A DNA stretch of 63,334 nt from Christensenellaceae bacterium Phil10. GTDB taxonomy: Bacteria > Bacillota > Clostridia > Christensenellales > CAG-917. The stretch spans positions 131,179 to 194,512 of the forward strand of contig MSGY01000006.1 in the NCBI GenBank assembly GCA_001940895.1, read 5' to 3'. Both the position numbers and the translations under genes were made by a program. Below are positions 39,128 through 48,577 of the stretch, piece by piece; position 1 is the stretch's first letter, and the number at the start of each line of letters is the position of its first letter. The notes beneath the pieces were generated by a model. That model searched no databases, was not told the DNA's origin, and saw only the letters and a list, made by a program, of their open reading frames with translations.

Positions 39128-40657
39128 TTATTTCTTTTTGTCGAAACTGCGTTGAAGTTCGGGCGAGCCCTGCGCTTTGACAAGCGAGAAAACTTTATCG
39201 AAGCGTTCGAGAGCGGCGTCGATAACTTCGTCGGTATCGGCCATAGAAGTGTAAAGGCGGCTTCCCGCAAGGGTTACTATTCCGTTTGCCATATACGCGG
39301 CGCCCATGTCTTTCATCGCTTCTGCGCGCGCTTCCATTTCGGCTTTGTTTTTAAGAAGTCCGACAGCCGATTTGAGGAAACTGAAACTGCTGTAATCGAA
39401 ACTCATTGCGCCCGTGCATTCGAGGTGAACGATACTGCCCTGATTGTAAACGACGTAGGGCAGATTGTGTTTTTTGACGAGTTCTTTAAGACCGGCGGCA
39501 AGCCTGTCTCCGGCAATACCCGCTTTTTCGCAGGCGTTGTATTTTTCGATTGCTTTGATGCAGCAGTATCCCGCGTAAGCAGACAAGGGGTTTGCCGCCA
39601 GAGTTCCGCCGACGTATGCTTTCTTGCCGAGACCCGCAACGCCCGCGGCCATAAGGGAAATATATTCGCGTTTGCCGCCGACGCCGCCCGCAGCGGGATA
39701 TCCGCCGGCGATGATTTTACCGAAAATGGTAAGGTCGGGTTTGACGTTGAAGAAGCCCTGAGCGCCGCCGAGACCCATACGGAAGCCGGTAACGACTTCG
39801 TCGAAGATGAACAGAGCGCCGTATTTGTGAGCAAGTTCGAGGGCTTGTTTATTGTAATCGAAATCGATGGGACGGGTGCCGCTTTCGGGGCCGACAGGCT
39901 CCACGATTACGCAGGCCGTGCCTCCGCGGAGTTTATTGCGGCGAAGCATGCCTTCGAGCATTTTGAGGTCGTTGGGGCGAACTTCGTCGGTCGTGCCGAA
40001 ACATCCTTTGGGAATGCCGTGGCTTTCAAGGAGATTGCGGCTGCCGGGAATTTTAAGGCCGTACACCATCTGGTCGGACCAGCCGTGATATGCGCCGCCT
40101 ACTTTGATGACGCGTTTATTTTTGGTTGCGCAACGGGATACGCGGATAGCCGCCATAACCGATTCGGTACCCGAGCCGAGCATACGGAACATTTCGCACG
40201 CGGGCATGTGTTTATTGATTTCTTTGGCAAGAAGAAGTTCGGCCTCGTGGAAAAGTCCTGTTACCGGACCGCAGGATTTTATAAGTTCGATAGCCTGTTC
40301 CTGAACCTCGGGGAAGTTGCTTCCGAGGATGGTGGGGCCGCCCGCTTGCAGGAAGTCGAAATATTTATTTCCGTCCGCGTCGTAGAGATAGGCGCCTTCG
40401 GCCTTTACCATACACATGGGGAAGGGCTTATTGAAGGCAAGATTGTGCTGGACGCCGCCGGGAATAAAATTTTTGGCTTCGGCGGTTATCGCTTTGGATT
40501 TGGCGCATTTTTTATCGAAATAATTTTCGACGATATCTTTATACGCTTCGTCCGAAACGCAATAAATGGGTTTACTGGTGAGTTCGTGCAATTCGTTGTA
40601 AATATCCTGCGCCTTGGGCCATTTGCCCGGATCGCAAGCATAGCCGTTTCTGCTCAT
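39128..40657 (-). CDS. Class III PLP aminotransferase (GSA-aminomutase-like, N-terminally extended)
   Basis: IPGGVQHN, SGTE, AYHG, DEVVTGFR, PDLTIFGKIIAGG, GGTLAANP. Confidence 0.88.
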   Translation of the reverse strand: MSRNGYACDPGKWPKAQDIYNELHELTSKPIYCVSDEAYKDIVENYFDKKCAKSKAITAEAKNFIPGGVQHNLAFNKPFPMCMVKAEGAYLYDADGNKYFDFLQAGGPTILGSNFPEVQEQAIELIKSCGPVTGLFHEAELLLAKEINKHMPACEMFRMLGSGTESVMAAIRVSRCATKNKRVIKVGGAYHGWSDQMVYGLKIPGSRNLLESHGIPKGCFGTTDEVRPNDLKMLEGMLRRNKLRGGTACVIVEPVGPESGTRPIDFDYNKQALELAHKYGALFIFDEVVTGFRMGLGGAQGFFNVKPDLTIFGKIIAGGYPAAGGVGGKREYISLMAAGVAGLGKKAYVGGTLAANPLSAYAGYCCIKAIEKYNACEKAGIAGDRLAAGLKELVKKHNLPYVVYNQGSIVHLECTGAMSFDYSSFSFLKSAVGLLKNKAEMEARAEAMKDMGAAYMANGIVTLAGSRLYTSMADTDEVIDAALERFDKVFSLVKAQGSPELQRSFDKKK

Positions 40658-40669
40658 GAGTTTGTCCTC

Positions 40670-41242
40670 CTAACTTTTGATATAATTGATGAATTTGTCT
40701 ATCGATTCTTTTATTTCCGCCTCTTCGAAAGGGCGGTCTTTAATAAAGCGTTGGAAAATTATTCCGAAGTACGCGCCGAGAACGTAAGCCGACAAATCCT
40801 CGGCCGTAAACGTTTCAAGCGCCTTTTTATAACTCGGGTGAGTTTTTATGCGTTCCTCGGCAAGGTTATAAATTCTGACGAAAGAGCTTTCGCCCTTGCA
40901 GAGGATACCTCTCATAAGAAGATTGCCCGTAAGATAAGGGTAGGGGATGGTATCGTCCACGAGCTTATTGATAAGAGCGGTAATCGAAAATCCGCTGTCC
41001 GCGTCGTCCCATACCGCAACGAGGTCGTTGATTTCTTCGGCGGCGATTTGCTCGATAAGGTCGTCGAGAGAAGAAAAATGAGTGAAAAAAGTGCTGCGCG
41101 ACACGTCGGCGCTTTCCGAAATTTCGTCGATGGTAACGTTTCCGAGACCTTTTTCCTCGAAAAGTTTTTTAGCTGCGTGCAACAACGCTTTGTGCGTGTT
41201 GTTTTTTTTGCGAAGCCTGCGGGAACCTTCAATATCGGCCAT
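40670..41242 (-). CDS. TetR/AcrR-family regulator
   Basis: AAKKLFEEKG..NVTIDEISESADVSRSTFFTHF. Confidence 0.93.
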   Translation of the reverse strand: MADIEGSRRLRKKNNTHKALLHAAKKLFEEKGLGNVTIDEISESADVSRSTFFTHFSSLDDLIEQIAAEEINDLVAVWDDADSGFSITALINKLVDDTIPYPYLTGNLLMRGILCKGESSFVRIYNLAEERIKTHPSYKKALETFTAEDLSAYVLGAYFGIIFQRFIKDRPFEEAEIKESIDKFINYIKS

Positions 41243-41369
41243 AAACTACCTCGTAAAAGTTATTATATCGATTATAACACGCGACAGAACAAAAAGTAAA
41301 GGATTTTTTGTATTAAAGTACAATTTTGTACTGTCCGGCGCGTTTCGGGAAAATATAAGGTTTTTTCGT

Positions 41370-41398
41370 TTGACAAACGGGCACCGGCAATCTATAAT
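41370..41398 (+). promoter_or_regulatory. Sigma-A promoter of greA-lysS
   Basis: TTGACA-N17-TATAAT. Confidence 0.85.
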
Positions 41399-41453
41399 AG
41401 GCAAATAGATATTGGCATATTATATATATGCCTGATTTTTTTGGAGAAGGAAA

Positions 41454-41927
41454 ATGGAAAAAGAAGTTTTTTTAACTCAGGAAGGTTATGACAAATTAAA
41501 ACGCGAGTATGACGAACTCAGTTCAAACGGCCGCAAAGAAATGGCCGAGAAAATCAAAATCGCCCGCGAATTCGGCGACCTCAGCGAAAACGCAGAGTAC
41601 GACGCCGCAAAAGAGGAACAAGGCTTTCTTGAAAAACGCATACGCGAAATCAACGAGATGCTCAGCAATTGCACCATTATCGATTCGAGCAATATCGACA
41701 CCAAAACGGTAAGCGTAGGTTGCGTCGTAAAACTTCTCGATATGGATTTCGACGAAAAACTCGAATATAAAATCGTCGGCGTATCCGAGGCGAAAATCGA
41801 GGACAATCTCATCAGTAACGAATCTCCTCTCGGTAGCGCCCTTCTCGGAAAGAAAAAGGGAGCGGTCGTTACCGTAAAAACGCCCGGCGGCGAGGCAAAC
41901 TTTAAAATTTTAAGCATTAACGCATAA
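41454..41927 (+). CDS. greA: Transcription elongation factor GreA
   Basis: [25 protein letters not shown]. Confidence 0.98.
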   Translation: MEKEVFLTQEGYDKLKREYDELSSNGRKEMAEKIKIAREFGDLSENAEYDAAKEEQGFLEKRIREINEMLSNCTIIDSSNIDTKTVSVGCVVKLLDMDFDEKLEYKIVGVSEAKIEDNLISNESPLGSALLGKKKGAVVTVKTPGGEANFKILSINA

Positions 41928-41937
41928 GAGGTCGATA

Positions 41938-43440
41938 ATGGAAGAAAACAGGATACCGAATACCGAAAGACCCGAGGAGGACATCGGCGAACTTATTAAA
42001 GTGCGCCGCGAAAAACTGCGCGAGTTGCAGGAAGCGGGCAAGGACCCGTTCAGGGAGGTCCGTTTCGAAAAGACGGCGATGAGCAGGGCTATCCGCGAAA
42101 ATTATCCTTCCTACGACGGTAAAACGGTAAGTCTTGCGGGACGTCTCGTCAGCAAGAGAGTTATGGGAAAGGCCAGTTTCGCGCATCTTCTAGACGGCGA
42201 AGGGCAGATACAGCTTTACTTTAAACGCGACGTTCTGGGCGACGAGGCTTATGCGGATTTCAAAAAATACGATATCGGCGATATAATCGGCGTTACGGGC
42301 GACGTTTTTACCACGCATATGGGCGAAATCACCGTAAACGTTTCGTCGGTAAAACTGTTGTCCAAGTCCCTGCTGCCCCTTCCCGAAAAATTTCACGGAC
42401 TTACTAACACGGATTTGCGTTACCGCCAGCGTTACGTCGACCTTATCGTCAATCCCGACGTGAAATCCACTTTCGTGAAACGCTCGCAGGTGCTTAAAGA
42501 AATCAGAAACTATCTTGACGAAAAGGGATATCTCGAGGTGGAAACGCCCGTGCTTCACAATATTGCGGGAGGCGCGGCGGCAAGACCCTTCGTGACGCAC
42601 CACAACACCCTCGATATCGATATGTATCTGAGGATAGCGCTCGAACTTTATCTTAAACGCCTTATCGTCGGCGGATTCGAAAAGGTTTACGAAATCGGCC
42701 GTGTTTTCAGAAACGAGGGCATGGACCAGCGTCATAATCCCGAGTTCACTCTTTTGGAGCTTTACGAGGCCTACACCGATATTCACGGAATGATGGACCT
42801 TGCCGAAGGTCTTTTCAGACACGTCGCAAACAAAATCTGCGGTACGGGCAAAATTACCTTCGACGGCGTGGAACTCGACCTCGACAAACCCTTCGAAAGA
42901 ATTTCCATGGTCGAGGCGGTCAGAAAATACGCCGGCGTCGATTTCGATAAAATCGAAACCGTCGAAGATGCGAGAAAAATCGCAAAAGAGCATCATATCG
43001 AATTCGAGGAACGCCATAAAAAGGGCGACATTCTGAATTTGTTTTTCGAAACCTATTGCGAGGACAAACTCGTTCAGCCCACTTTCCTTACGGGACATCC
43101 CGTCGAAATCAGCCCTCTTGCCAAAAAGGACCCCGACCATCCCGGATATACCCAACGCTTCGAATTGTTTATTTTAGGTCGCGAATATGCAAACGCGTTT
43201 TCCGAACTTAACGACCCCATCGACCAGCGCAGCCGTTTCGAAGCGCAGATGGAGCTTAAAAAACAGGGCGACGAGGAAGCGAACGATATCGACGAGGACT
43301 ATATCACCGCAATGGAATACGGTATGCCTCCGACGGGCGGAATAGGAATAGGAATAGACAGGCTCGTGATGCTTGTAACGGGCGAAACCACTATCAGAGA
43401 CGTCCTTCTTTTCCCGACGATGAAACCTATAAAGAAGTAA
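41938..43440 (+). CDS. lysS: Lysine--tRNA ligase (class II)
   Basis: [42 protein letters not shown]. Confidence 0.98.
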   Translation: MEENRIPNTERPEEDIGELIKVRREKLRELQEAGKDPFREVRFEKTAMSRAIRENYPSYDGKTVSLAGRLVSKRVMGKASFAHLLDGEGQIQLYFKRDVLGDEAYADFKKYDIGDIIGVTGDVFTTHMGEITVNVSSVKLLSKSLLPLPEKFHGLTNTDLRYRQRYVDLIVNPDVKSTFVKRSQVLKEIRNYLDEKGYLEVETPVLHNIAGGAAARPFVTHHNTLDIDMYLRIALELYLKRLIVGGFEKVYEIGRVFRNEGMDQRHNPEFTLLELYEAYTDIHGMMDLAEGLFRHVANKICGTGKITFDGVELDLDKPFERISMVEAVRKYAGVDFDKIETVEDARKIAKEHHIEFEERHKKGDILNLFFETYCEDKLVQPTFLTGHPVEISPLAKKDPDHPGYTQRFELFILGREYANAFSELNDPIDQRSRFEAQMELKKQGDEEANDIDEDYITAMEYGMPPTGGIGIGIDRLVMLVTGETTIRDVLLFPTMKPIKK

Positions 43441-43461
43441 TATATCGCATTAATAAAAACC

Positions 43462-43489
43462 AAACCCCGCAAACGCGGGGTTTTTATTT
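43462..43489 (+). terminator. Intrinsic terminator after lysS
   Basis: AAACCCCGC-aaac-GCGGGGTTT plus T-tract. Confidence 0.85.
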
Positions 43490-43595
43490 GTGAGGAGAAG
43501 GGTCGTTCGAGTTGTTTACAATATAATCTACGGAAGTCAAGCAACGAAATATATCGAAAGCGCACCGGTTGTCCGGTGCGCATTTTTTTAATTTG

Positions 43596-44567
43596 TCAGT
43601 TTCCGCTTCTGAAGCCCGAGCCGTTTACCTCTTTTGCCTTATTGATATACATAAACGCGTCGGGGTCGACGTCGCGGATAATCTGTTTCAAAAGGGCGGA
43701 TTGTCTTTTTTTGACGACGCAGATAAGCATTTTTCTTTCGGCATTGGTATAAACGCCTTCGCCTCTGACTATCGTTGCGCCGCGGTGCAGAATCTGAACG
43801 ATGGCGTCGCCGAGTTCCTCCGCTTTGTCGGAAATCACGTTAAACACCACGCTTGACTGCATACCGGTTGTAATAACGTCGGCGACTTCGCTTGTGATAA
43901 ACAGCGTTATAAACGAATAGAACACGGGGGACGCGACTTTTACGAATGTTTCGTCGGGACCGAGACCTTTCGACGTGATAAGGCCCACGACGCCCGAAAA
44001 CAAAACAACGATACTGTCGAAAGCAAAGATAAGCCAACTTGTGTTGAAGTCGGGTTTTTTCTTGTTGGTGATTTTTCCGAGGATATCCGTGCCGCCCGAA
44101 CTGCTGTTAGTGAGAAGCGACCCGCCGAGAGCCACGCCCGAAATAACGCCGCCCGCAATCGCCGAAAGGATTGTAAGACTGCTTTCCATATCGTTGCCCT
44201 TGAAAACGGGAAATTTAACGGCCGAAAACAGCGCCATAAATCCCGAATAGCCCAGAACTATTATGGTAGTATTGAGGGCGAATCGTTTGTTAAGCGTAAA
44301 AAACGCGGCGATTACCAAAGGTAGATTAAGGACGAATATGGTAACGGCAGGATTGAATACGCTTTCGGCAAGATGATGATTATAGATATCCACGACGTTA
44401 TAGACGATACTTGCGATACCTCCTATTCCGCCGGGAGCAAAAGCGTTCGGTACGATAAACACGTACGACGCAATGGCGCGCAGAAGCGCGAACAGAAGCA
44501 GAAGGGAATAAAATCCCGTTCCTTTTAAAACTTTTTTAGCCGTCGACTGATTATCCGGAGTATTCAT
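43596..44567 (-). CDS. YitT-family membrane protein
   Basis: APGGIGGIA, LNLPL, SSGGTD, RGATIVRGEGVYT, DPDAF, EVNGSGF. Confidence 0.9.
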   Translation of the reverse strand: MNTPDNQSTAKKVLKGTGFYSLLLLFALLRAIASYVFIVPNAFAPGGIGGIASIVYNVVDIYNHHLAESVFNPAVTIFVLNLPLVIAAFFTLNKRFALNTTIIVLGYSGFMALFSAVKFPVFKGNDMESSLTILSAIAGGVISGVALGGSLLTNSSSGGTDILGKITNKKKPDFNTSWLIFAFDSIVVLFSGVVGLITSKGLGPDETFVKVASPVFYSFITLFITSEVADVITTGMQSSVVFNVISDKAEELGDAIVQILHRGATIVRGEGVYTNAERKMLICVVKKRQSALLKQIIRDVDPDAFMYINKAKEVNGSGFRSGN

Positions 44568-44673
44568 AGAGCGTAATATAATCTTTCAAATTATTTTTGT
44601 CAACAAAAAAACCGACGAAAACCGCAAAATCGTCAAAAAAATGCGCGCGCGGGTTAAGCGCGCGCGGAAAAGG

Positions 44674-45549
44674 TCAGTCCTCGAGTTTTTTCAGTTCTGC
44701 ATCCTCGGTGGAATCGTCGGGTTCGACCGATTGATGCACGCGCGCTGATACCTCGCTTAAGTCGTAAGTTTTAATTTCGAAACTGCCGTCTTTGTCCATT
44801 ATTTTCACTTTTACCTGTTGTTTTAAGATGTCGTTGCTTTCTACTACGCCTTCGCCGTCGGGCGTCTTTGCGCGACTGCCTACTTTCGGCATTTTTTTAT
44901 ACATTTCGCTGTAATAGTCGTTTTCGAATTTAAGACAGCACATAAGCCTTCCGCAAACGCCGCTTATTTTGGTGGGGTTAAGCGAAAGACCTTGTAGTTT
45001 TGCCATTTTAATTGAAACCTTCGCAAAATCGGGAAGGCAGGTGTTGCAGCAGCACGGACGACCGCAGGGTGCGAGGGCACCTCTCATTTTGGCGTCGTCG
45101 CGTTCGTAAATCTGTCTTAATTCGATGCGGTTTCTGAAAACGCCCGCAAGGTCTTTGACGAGTTCGCGGAAGTCAACGCGTCCCGCCGCCGTGAAATAGA
45201 AAATGATTTTCTGACGGTCGAAAGTGTATTCGACGTCGACAAGTTTCATATTGAGATTGTGCTTTGCGATTTTTTCGTTTGCAATCCGCATTGCCTCGGG
45301 GCGCATGGCAAGATTCTTTTCAAGCTGTTTTTTGTCCGCCTCGGTGGCTTTACGAAGGACGGGTTTAAGAGGTTGCACGACTTCCTTGTCGTCGACTTCG
45401 CGGTTTGACAGCACCACTTCGCCGTATTCCGTTCCGCGAGCGGTCTCGACTATGGCTGCGTCTCCTTCGTTGAATTGTATATTCTCGGGGCTGAAATAAT
45501 AAACCTTGCACGAGTTTTTGAATTTAATGCCTACTATTGTTACCGACAT
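44674..45549 (-). CDS. yaaT: PSP1-domain protein YaaT/RicT
   Basis: RVDFRELVKDL, CGRPCCC, LNPTKISGVCGRLMCCLKFE. Confidence 0.95.
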   Translation of the reverse strand: MSVTIVGIKFKNSCKVYYFSPENIQFNEGDAAIVETARGTEYGEVVLSNREVDDKEVVQPLKPVLRKATEADKKQLEKNLAMRPEAMRIANEKIAKHNLNMKLVDVEYTFDRQKIIFYFTAAGRVDFRELVKDLAGVFRNRIELRQIYERDDAKMRGALAPCGRPCCCNTCLPDFAKVSIKMAKLQGLSLNPTKISGVCGRLMCCLKFENDYYSEMYKKMPKVGSRAKTPDGEGVVESNDILKQQVKVKIMDKDGSFEIKTYDLSEVSARVHQSVEPDDSTEDAELKKLED

Positions 45550-46514
45550 TTATATTTTACCTCCAGAATTCCTAAAAGCAGATTTTCGGCAACGCCGACG
45601 CTGCTTACGTAGACGTTTAGTTTTTTTCTTTCTTCGTTAATAAGATACAGTATATTTGACAGAGCGAGCAGCGAGTATTCCCGCGACATTTCTTTTACTT
45701 CTTCCGCGGTGCGCCTGTTCGTGATAAGACGTTCGTCGGTTTTCGCCGCCATCATGTCGCGCACGATAAGCGACGCGATATCCAGAAAAACGGGCAATCT
45801 CTCTTTATCGAGGACTTTTTCGTTCAAAAACGACGCGACGTCGCCGCTTTTTTTCAGATTTTTGAATACGTTCACGGTTTGCGCGTAGTTTTCGGCAAAC
45901 GACTTGTCCTCCGCGATTTCTTTTGCGCGGCCCAGCATACCGTCGGCGCAGGCCGCCGCCGTTTCCGCGCTATCGGATGGAAATCCTTCCTCTTTTAATG
46001 CGGACGAAATATCCTCCTGCGAAAATCTGTCCAGCGTTATCTTTTTGGTGCGGGACTTTACGGTGTCGAGCATCGCGCTTTCGCGGGATACTCCTAAAAA
46101 TATAGTAACCGTTTTCTGCGGTTCTTCGAGGGTTTTCAGCAGTTTGTTCTGCGCCGCCGCGTTCATTTTATCGGCCGAAAAAACGAAATAAAGCTTATGG
46201 TCGCTTTCAAACGGACGGGTTCCGGTATCGTCGATGAGACTTTCAACGTCCTCGACCTTAAGGTTTTTATTGTCCGAATTTATAAATTTCACGTCGGCGT
46301 GGTTGCCGTGCAGTATTCTGTGACAGGTAGTGCAGGCAAGACAGGCGTCGTCTTTGCAGTAAACGGCGCAAGCGACGATTTCGAACAGATTATTCAACGC
46401 GAGCGTATCGGGGGAAATCACCATATAAGCGTGCGACAGATTGCCCGTGTCGATATCGTGTTTTATGAGGTTGTAAGCGCGGCTCGATTTGAGCGCGTCG
46501 GCAAACTCAATCAT
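45540..46514 (-). CDS. holB: DNA polymerase III delta' subunit
   Basis: SHAY, C..C..C Zn module, NHAD, AQNKLLKTLEEP, TVKSR; tmk-holB-yaaT synteny. Confidence 0.9.
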   Translation of the reverse strand: MIEFADALKSSRAYNLIKHDIDTGNLSHAYMVISPDTLALNNLFEIVACAVYCKDDACLACTTCHRILHGNHADVKFINSDNKNLKVEDVESLIDDTGTRPFESDHKLYFVFSADKMNAAAQNKLLKTLEEPQKTVTIFLGVSRESAMLDTVKSRTKKITLDRFSQEDISSALKEEGFPSDSAETAAACADGMLGRAKEIAEDKSFAENYAQTVNVFKNLKKSGDVASFLNEKVLDKERLPVFLDIASLIVRDMMAAKTDERLITNRRTAEEVKEMSREYSLLALSNILYLINEERKKLNVYVSSVGVAENLLLGILEVKYKCR

Positions 46515-47140
46515 TTTATAAGCCCTCTGTCTCTTAATGCTCCGATGATTTTTTCAGACGTATCGGATTTGCTTTCGCACGGCACGATTCTGATAATGCG
46601 GTCGGGATATTTTTTTGCGATTTCCGAAAAACCTTCGTAAACCCGTTTATGAAAATCGTCGGTTTCCACCTCGAAACGGTCGCCCATTTCGGCCGCTTTT
46701 TTGAGGCTTCGGAACATTTTGTCGTGAGGAAGGTCGATAAATATCGTTGCGTCGACGGGGCAGTCTTTTACCGCCGTCTCGTTCAGCTTTTCTACCTCGT
46801 CGATTCCGAGACCTCGTCCCGCCCCCTGATATGCGAGCGAACTGTCGAGATGTCGGTCGCAGATTACGATTTTTCCTTCCGACAGGGCGGGAATAACCGC
46901 CTGTTTCAGAAGTTGGGCGCGGGCGGCCGCATAAAGATACGCCTCGCATTCGGGCGTCATATCGACGCTTTCGGGCGAAAGCAGTATGTCTCTGATTTTT
47001 TCGGCGACGGGGGTGCCGCCGGGTTGTCTGACGAGAACGGCGGGCTGAGCGGTCTTTTCGAGATATTCCATTAAAAGCCGCACCTGAGTGGATTTGCCTA
47101 CGCCTTCTCCGCCTTCGAACGTGATGAATTTTCCTTTCAT
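46511..47140 (-). CDS. tmk: Thymidylate kinase
   Basis: FITFEGGEGVGKSTQ, PGGT, CDR..DSSLAYQG. Confidence 0.96.
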   Translation of the reverse strand: MKGKFITFEGGEGVGKSTQVRLLMEYLEKTAQPAVLVRQPGGTPVAEKIRDILLSPESVDMTPECEAYLYAAARAQLLKQAVIPALSEGKIVICDRHLDSSLAYQGAGRGLGIDEVEKLNETAVKDCPVDATIFIDLPHDKMFRSLKKAAEMGDRFEVETDDFHKRVYEGFSEIAKKYPDRIIRIVPCESKSDTSEKIIGALRDRGLIK

Positions 47141-48441
47141 ATAACCTCTGTCGTTTTATCTATTGTAACATATATTCTGTCGTTTACAAAACCGAAAACG
47201 TCCGACTTTTGCAAAACGTCTGCTATTTCCCGCGTTATTGTCTCGCCGTAAGCGACCACGGGTATTCCCGGAGGATACGCGCCGACTTCGCGAAGGGCGG
47301 TATGTCCAACGGCATCGTTCGGAGTAAGCCAGGTTCCTTCTCCGCACGCCTTTCCCGACACGGGCGTCGGATACGGCAAGACCTTCGCTTTTCCCCGAAC
47401 GGCGACGCCGCTGAGGGCCGCGCGGATTTCTTCCGTGCGCGAGGCGTTTACGGGCGACAGAATAAACACGGCAAGGTCGTTGAATCTCATTTCCGGAACG
47501 ACCCCGTTTCTGCTTAATGCCGAAAATCCCTCGTCTCCGATACGACATACGAGACGCGTATAATCGTTGTTTCCGATAAACTCTGCGCCGAGCGAGTTTT
47601 TCAGGCTCGTCACCTTTTCGTAAAGAGCGTCGTATTTTTTTCCGTTGTCGGCGCGGAATTCGTCAAGAGCGTAGTCCATACTTGCCAAAGTAAGATAACA
47701 AGGGCTTGTGGTATGCAAATCTGCGCGTAAAGCCGCTATTTCGTCAAATAAGCATTCGTTATTGCAGTTTATCACCGCTCCGCCCGAATATACGGGAAGC
47801 GTTTTATGCAGGCTCGTAACGCTTACGTCGGCAGTTTTCGCAAAGGAATATCCGGACAAACCCGCAAACGGGAAGTGCGCGCCGTGCGCCTCGTCGACAA
47901 CCAATAGTCTGTCGTATGCCGAGGTAATTCCGTATATCGCCCGAGGGTCCGACGCCATACCGAAATAGTTGGGCGAGGTAATTATAACGGCTCCCGCCGA
48001 GGGATATTTTTCAATCGCGTTTTTCACGTCTTCCGGCGTTACGGGCAAAGGTATTCCGTTTTCGTCGAACGACGCGGGGATATACCTCGGGGTAAGGCCC
48101 AGCAGCCGGACGGCGGCGTAAACCGATTTATGCGAAGCGCGCGCAACGATTACCTCGCCCGTAAATTTTTTAATTGCGGAAAGGGCGACGAAAATCCCCG
48201 TCGTGCTTCCTGAAGTGAGGTAAAAACTGCGTTTCGCGCCGTAAATTTCCGCGCATTGTTTTTCGCTTTCGGCGATAATGCCCGACGGATTTTGCAGATT
48301 ATCGGAAAAGCAGAGTTCGGTAACGTCGAAAGGGGCCGAAGCGTAAAGCCCTTCGTCGCGTACGCCGAAATGCGCCGGCATATGAAATCTTGCGGGTTTT
48401 TCACGCGAGTATCGGACGATAGCGTCGTATATCGGTTTCAT
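47137..48441 (-). CDS. Orn/Lys/Arg decarboxylase family (YaaO-like)
   Basis: FHMPAH, DVTE, SHKS, TSPNYFG, DEAHGAH, SLHKT, YPPGIP. Confidence 0.9.
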   Translation of the reverse strand: MKPIYDAIVRYSREKPARFHMPAHFGVRDEGLYASAPFDVTELCFSDNLQNPSGIIAESEKQCAEIYGAKRSFYLTSGSTTGIFVALSAIKKFTGEVIVARASHKSVYAAVRLLGLTPRYIPASFDENGIPLPVTPEDVKNAIEKYPSAGAVIITSPNYFGMASDPRAIYGITSAYDRLLVVDEAHGAHFPFAGLSGYSFAKTADVSVTSLHKTLPVYSGGAVINCNNECLFDEIAALRADLHTTSPCYLTLASMDYALDEFRADNGKKYDALYEKVTSLKNSLGAEFIGNNDYTRLVCRIGDEGFSALSRNGVVPEMRFNDLAVFILSPVNASRTEEIRAALSGVAVRGKAKVLPYPTPVSGKACGEGTWLTPNDAVGHTALREVGAYPPGIPVVAYGETITREIADVLQKSDVFGFVNDRIYVTIDKTTEVI

Positions 48442-48577
48442 AATTTTATTATATATTGTTTTTACCGTTTTGTCTAAATAAAATAATCAAGTAAAAAAGA
48501 AAACCCTTGCAAATTTAATCGTCGTGTGATAATATAATAAAAAAGGGAAAACCCAAATAATATCAAGGAGAGAGACT

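Noticed and set aside
31845-40657. Calling either class III aminotransferase hemL
   Set aside because: No tetrapyrrole genes nearby, HemL signature motifs differ, and the operon context is catabolic
39152-41299. 715-aa plus-strand ORF, and similar long antisense ORFs such as 54819-56339, 60619-61977 and 34156-35343
   Set aside because: They fully overlap well-supported genes on the opposite strand and show no SD or recognisable motifs; they are codon-usage shadows
43511-43520. GTTGTTTACA as a third ECF promoter copy
   Set aside because: No AATAAAA element 11 bp upstream
45540-46514. Degenerate Walker A in holB as a sign of a pseudogene
   Set aside because: Delta' is a non-ATPase clamp-loader subunit; the ORF and synteny are intact
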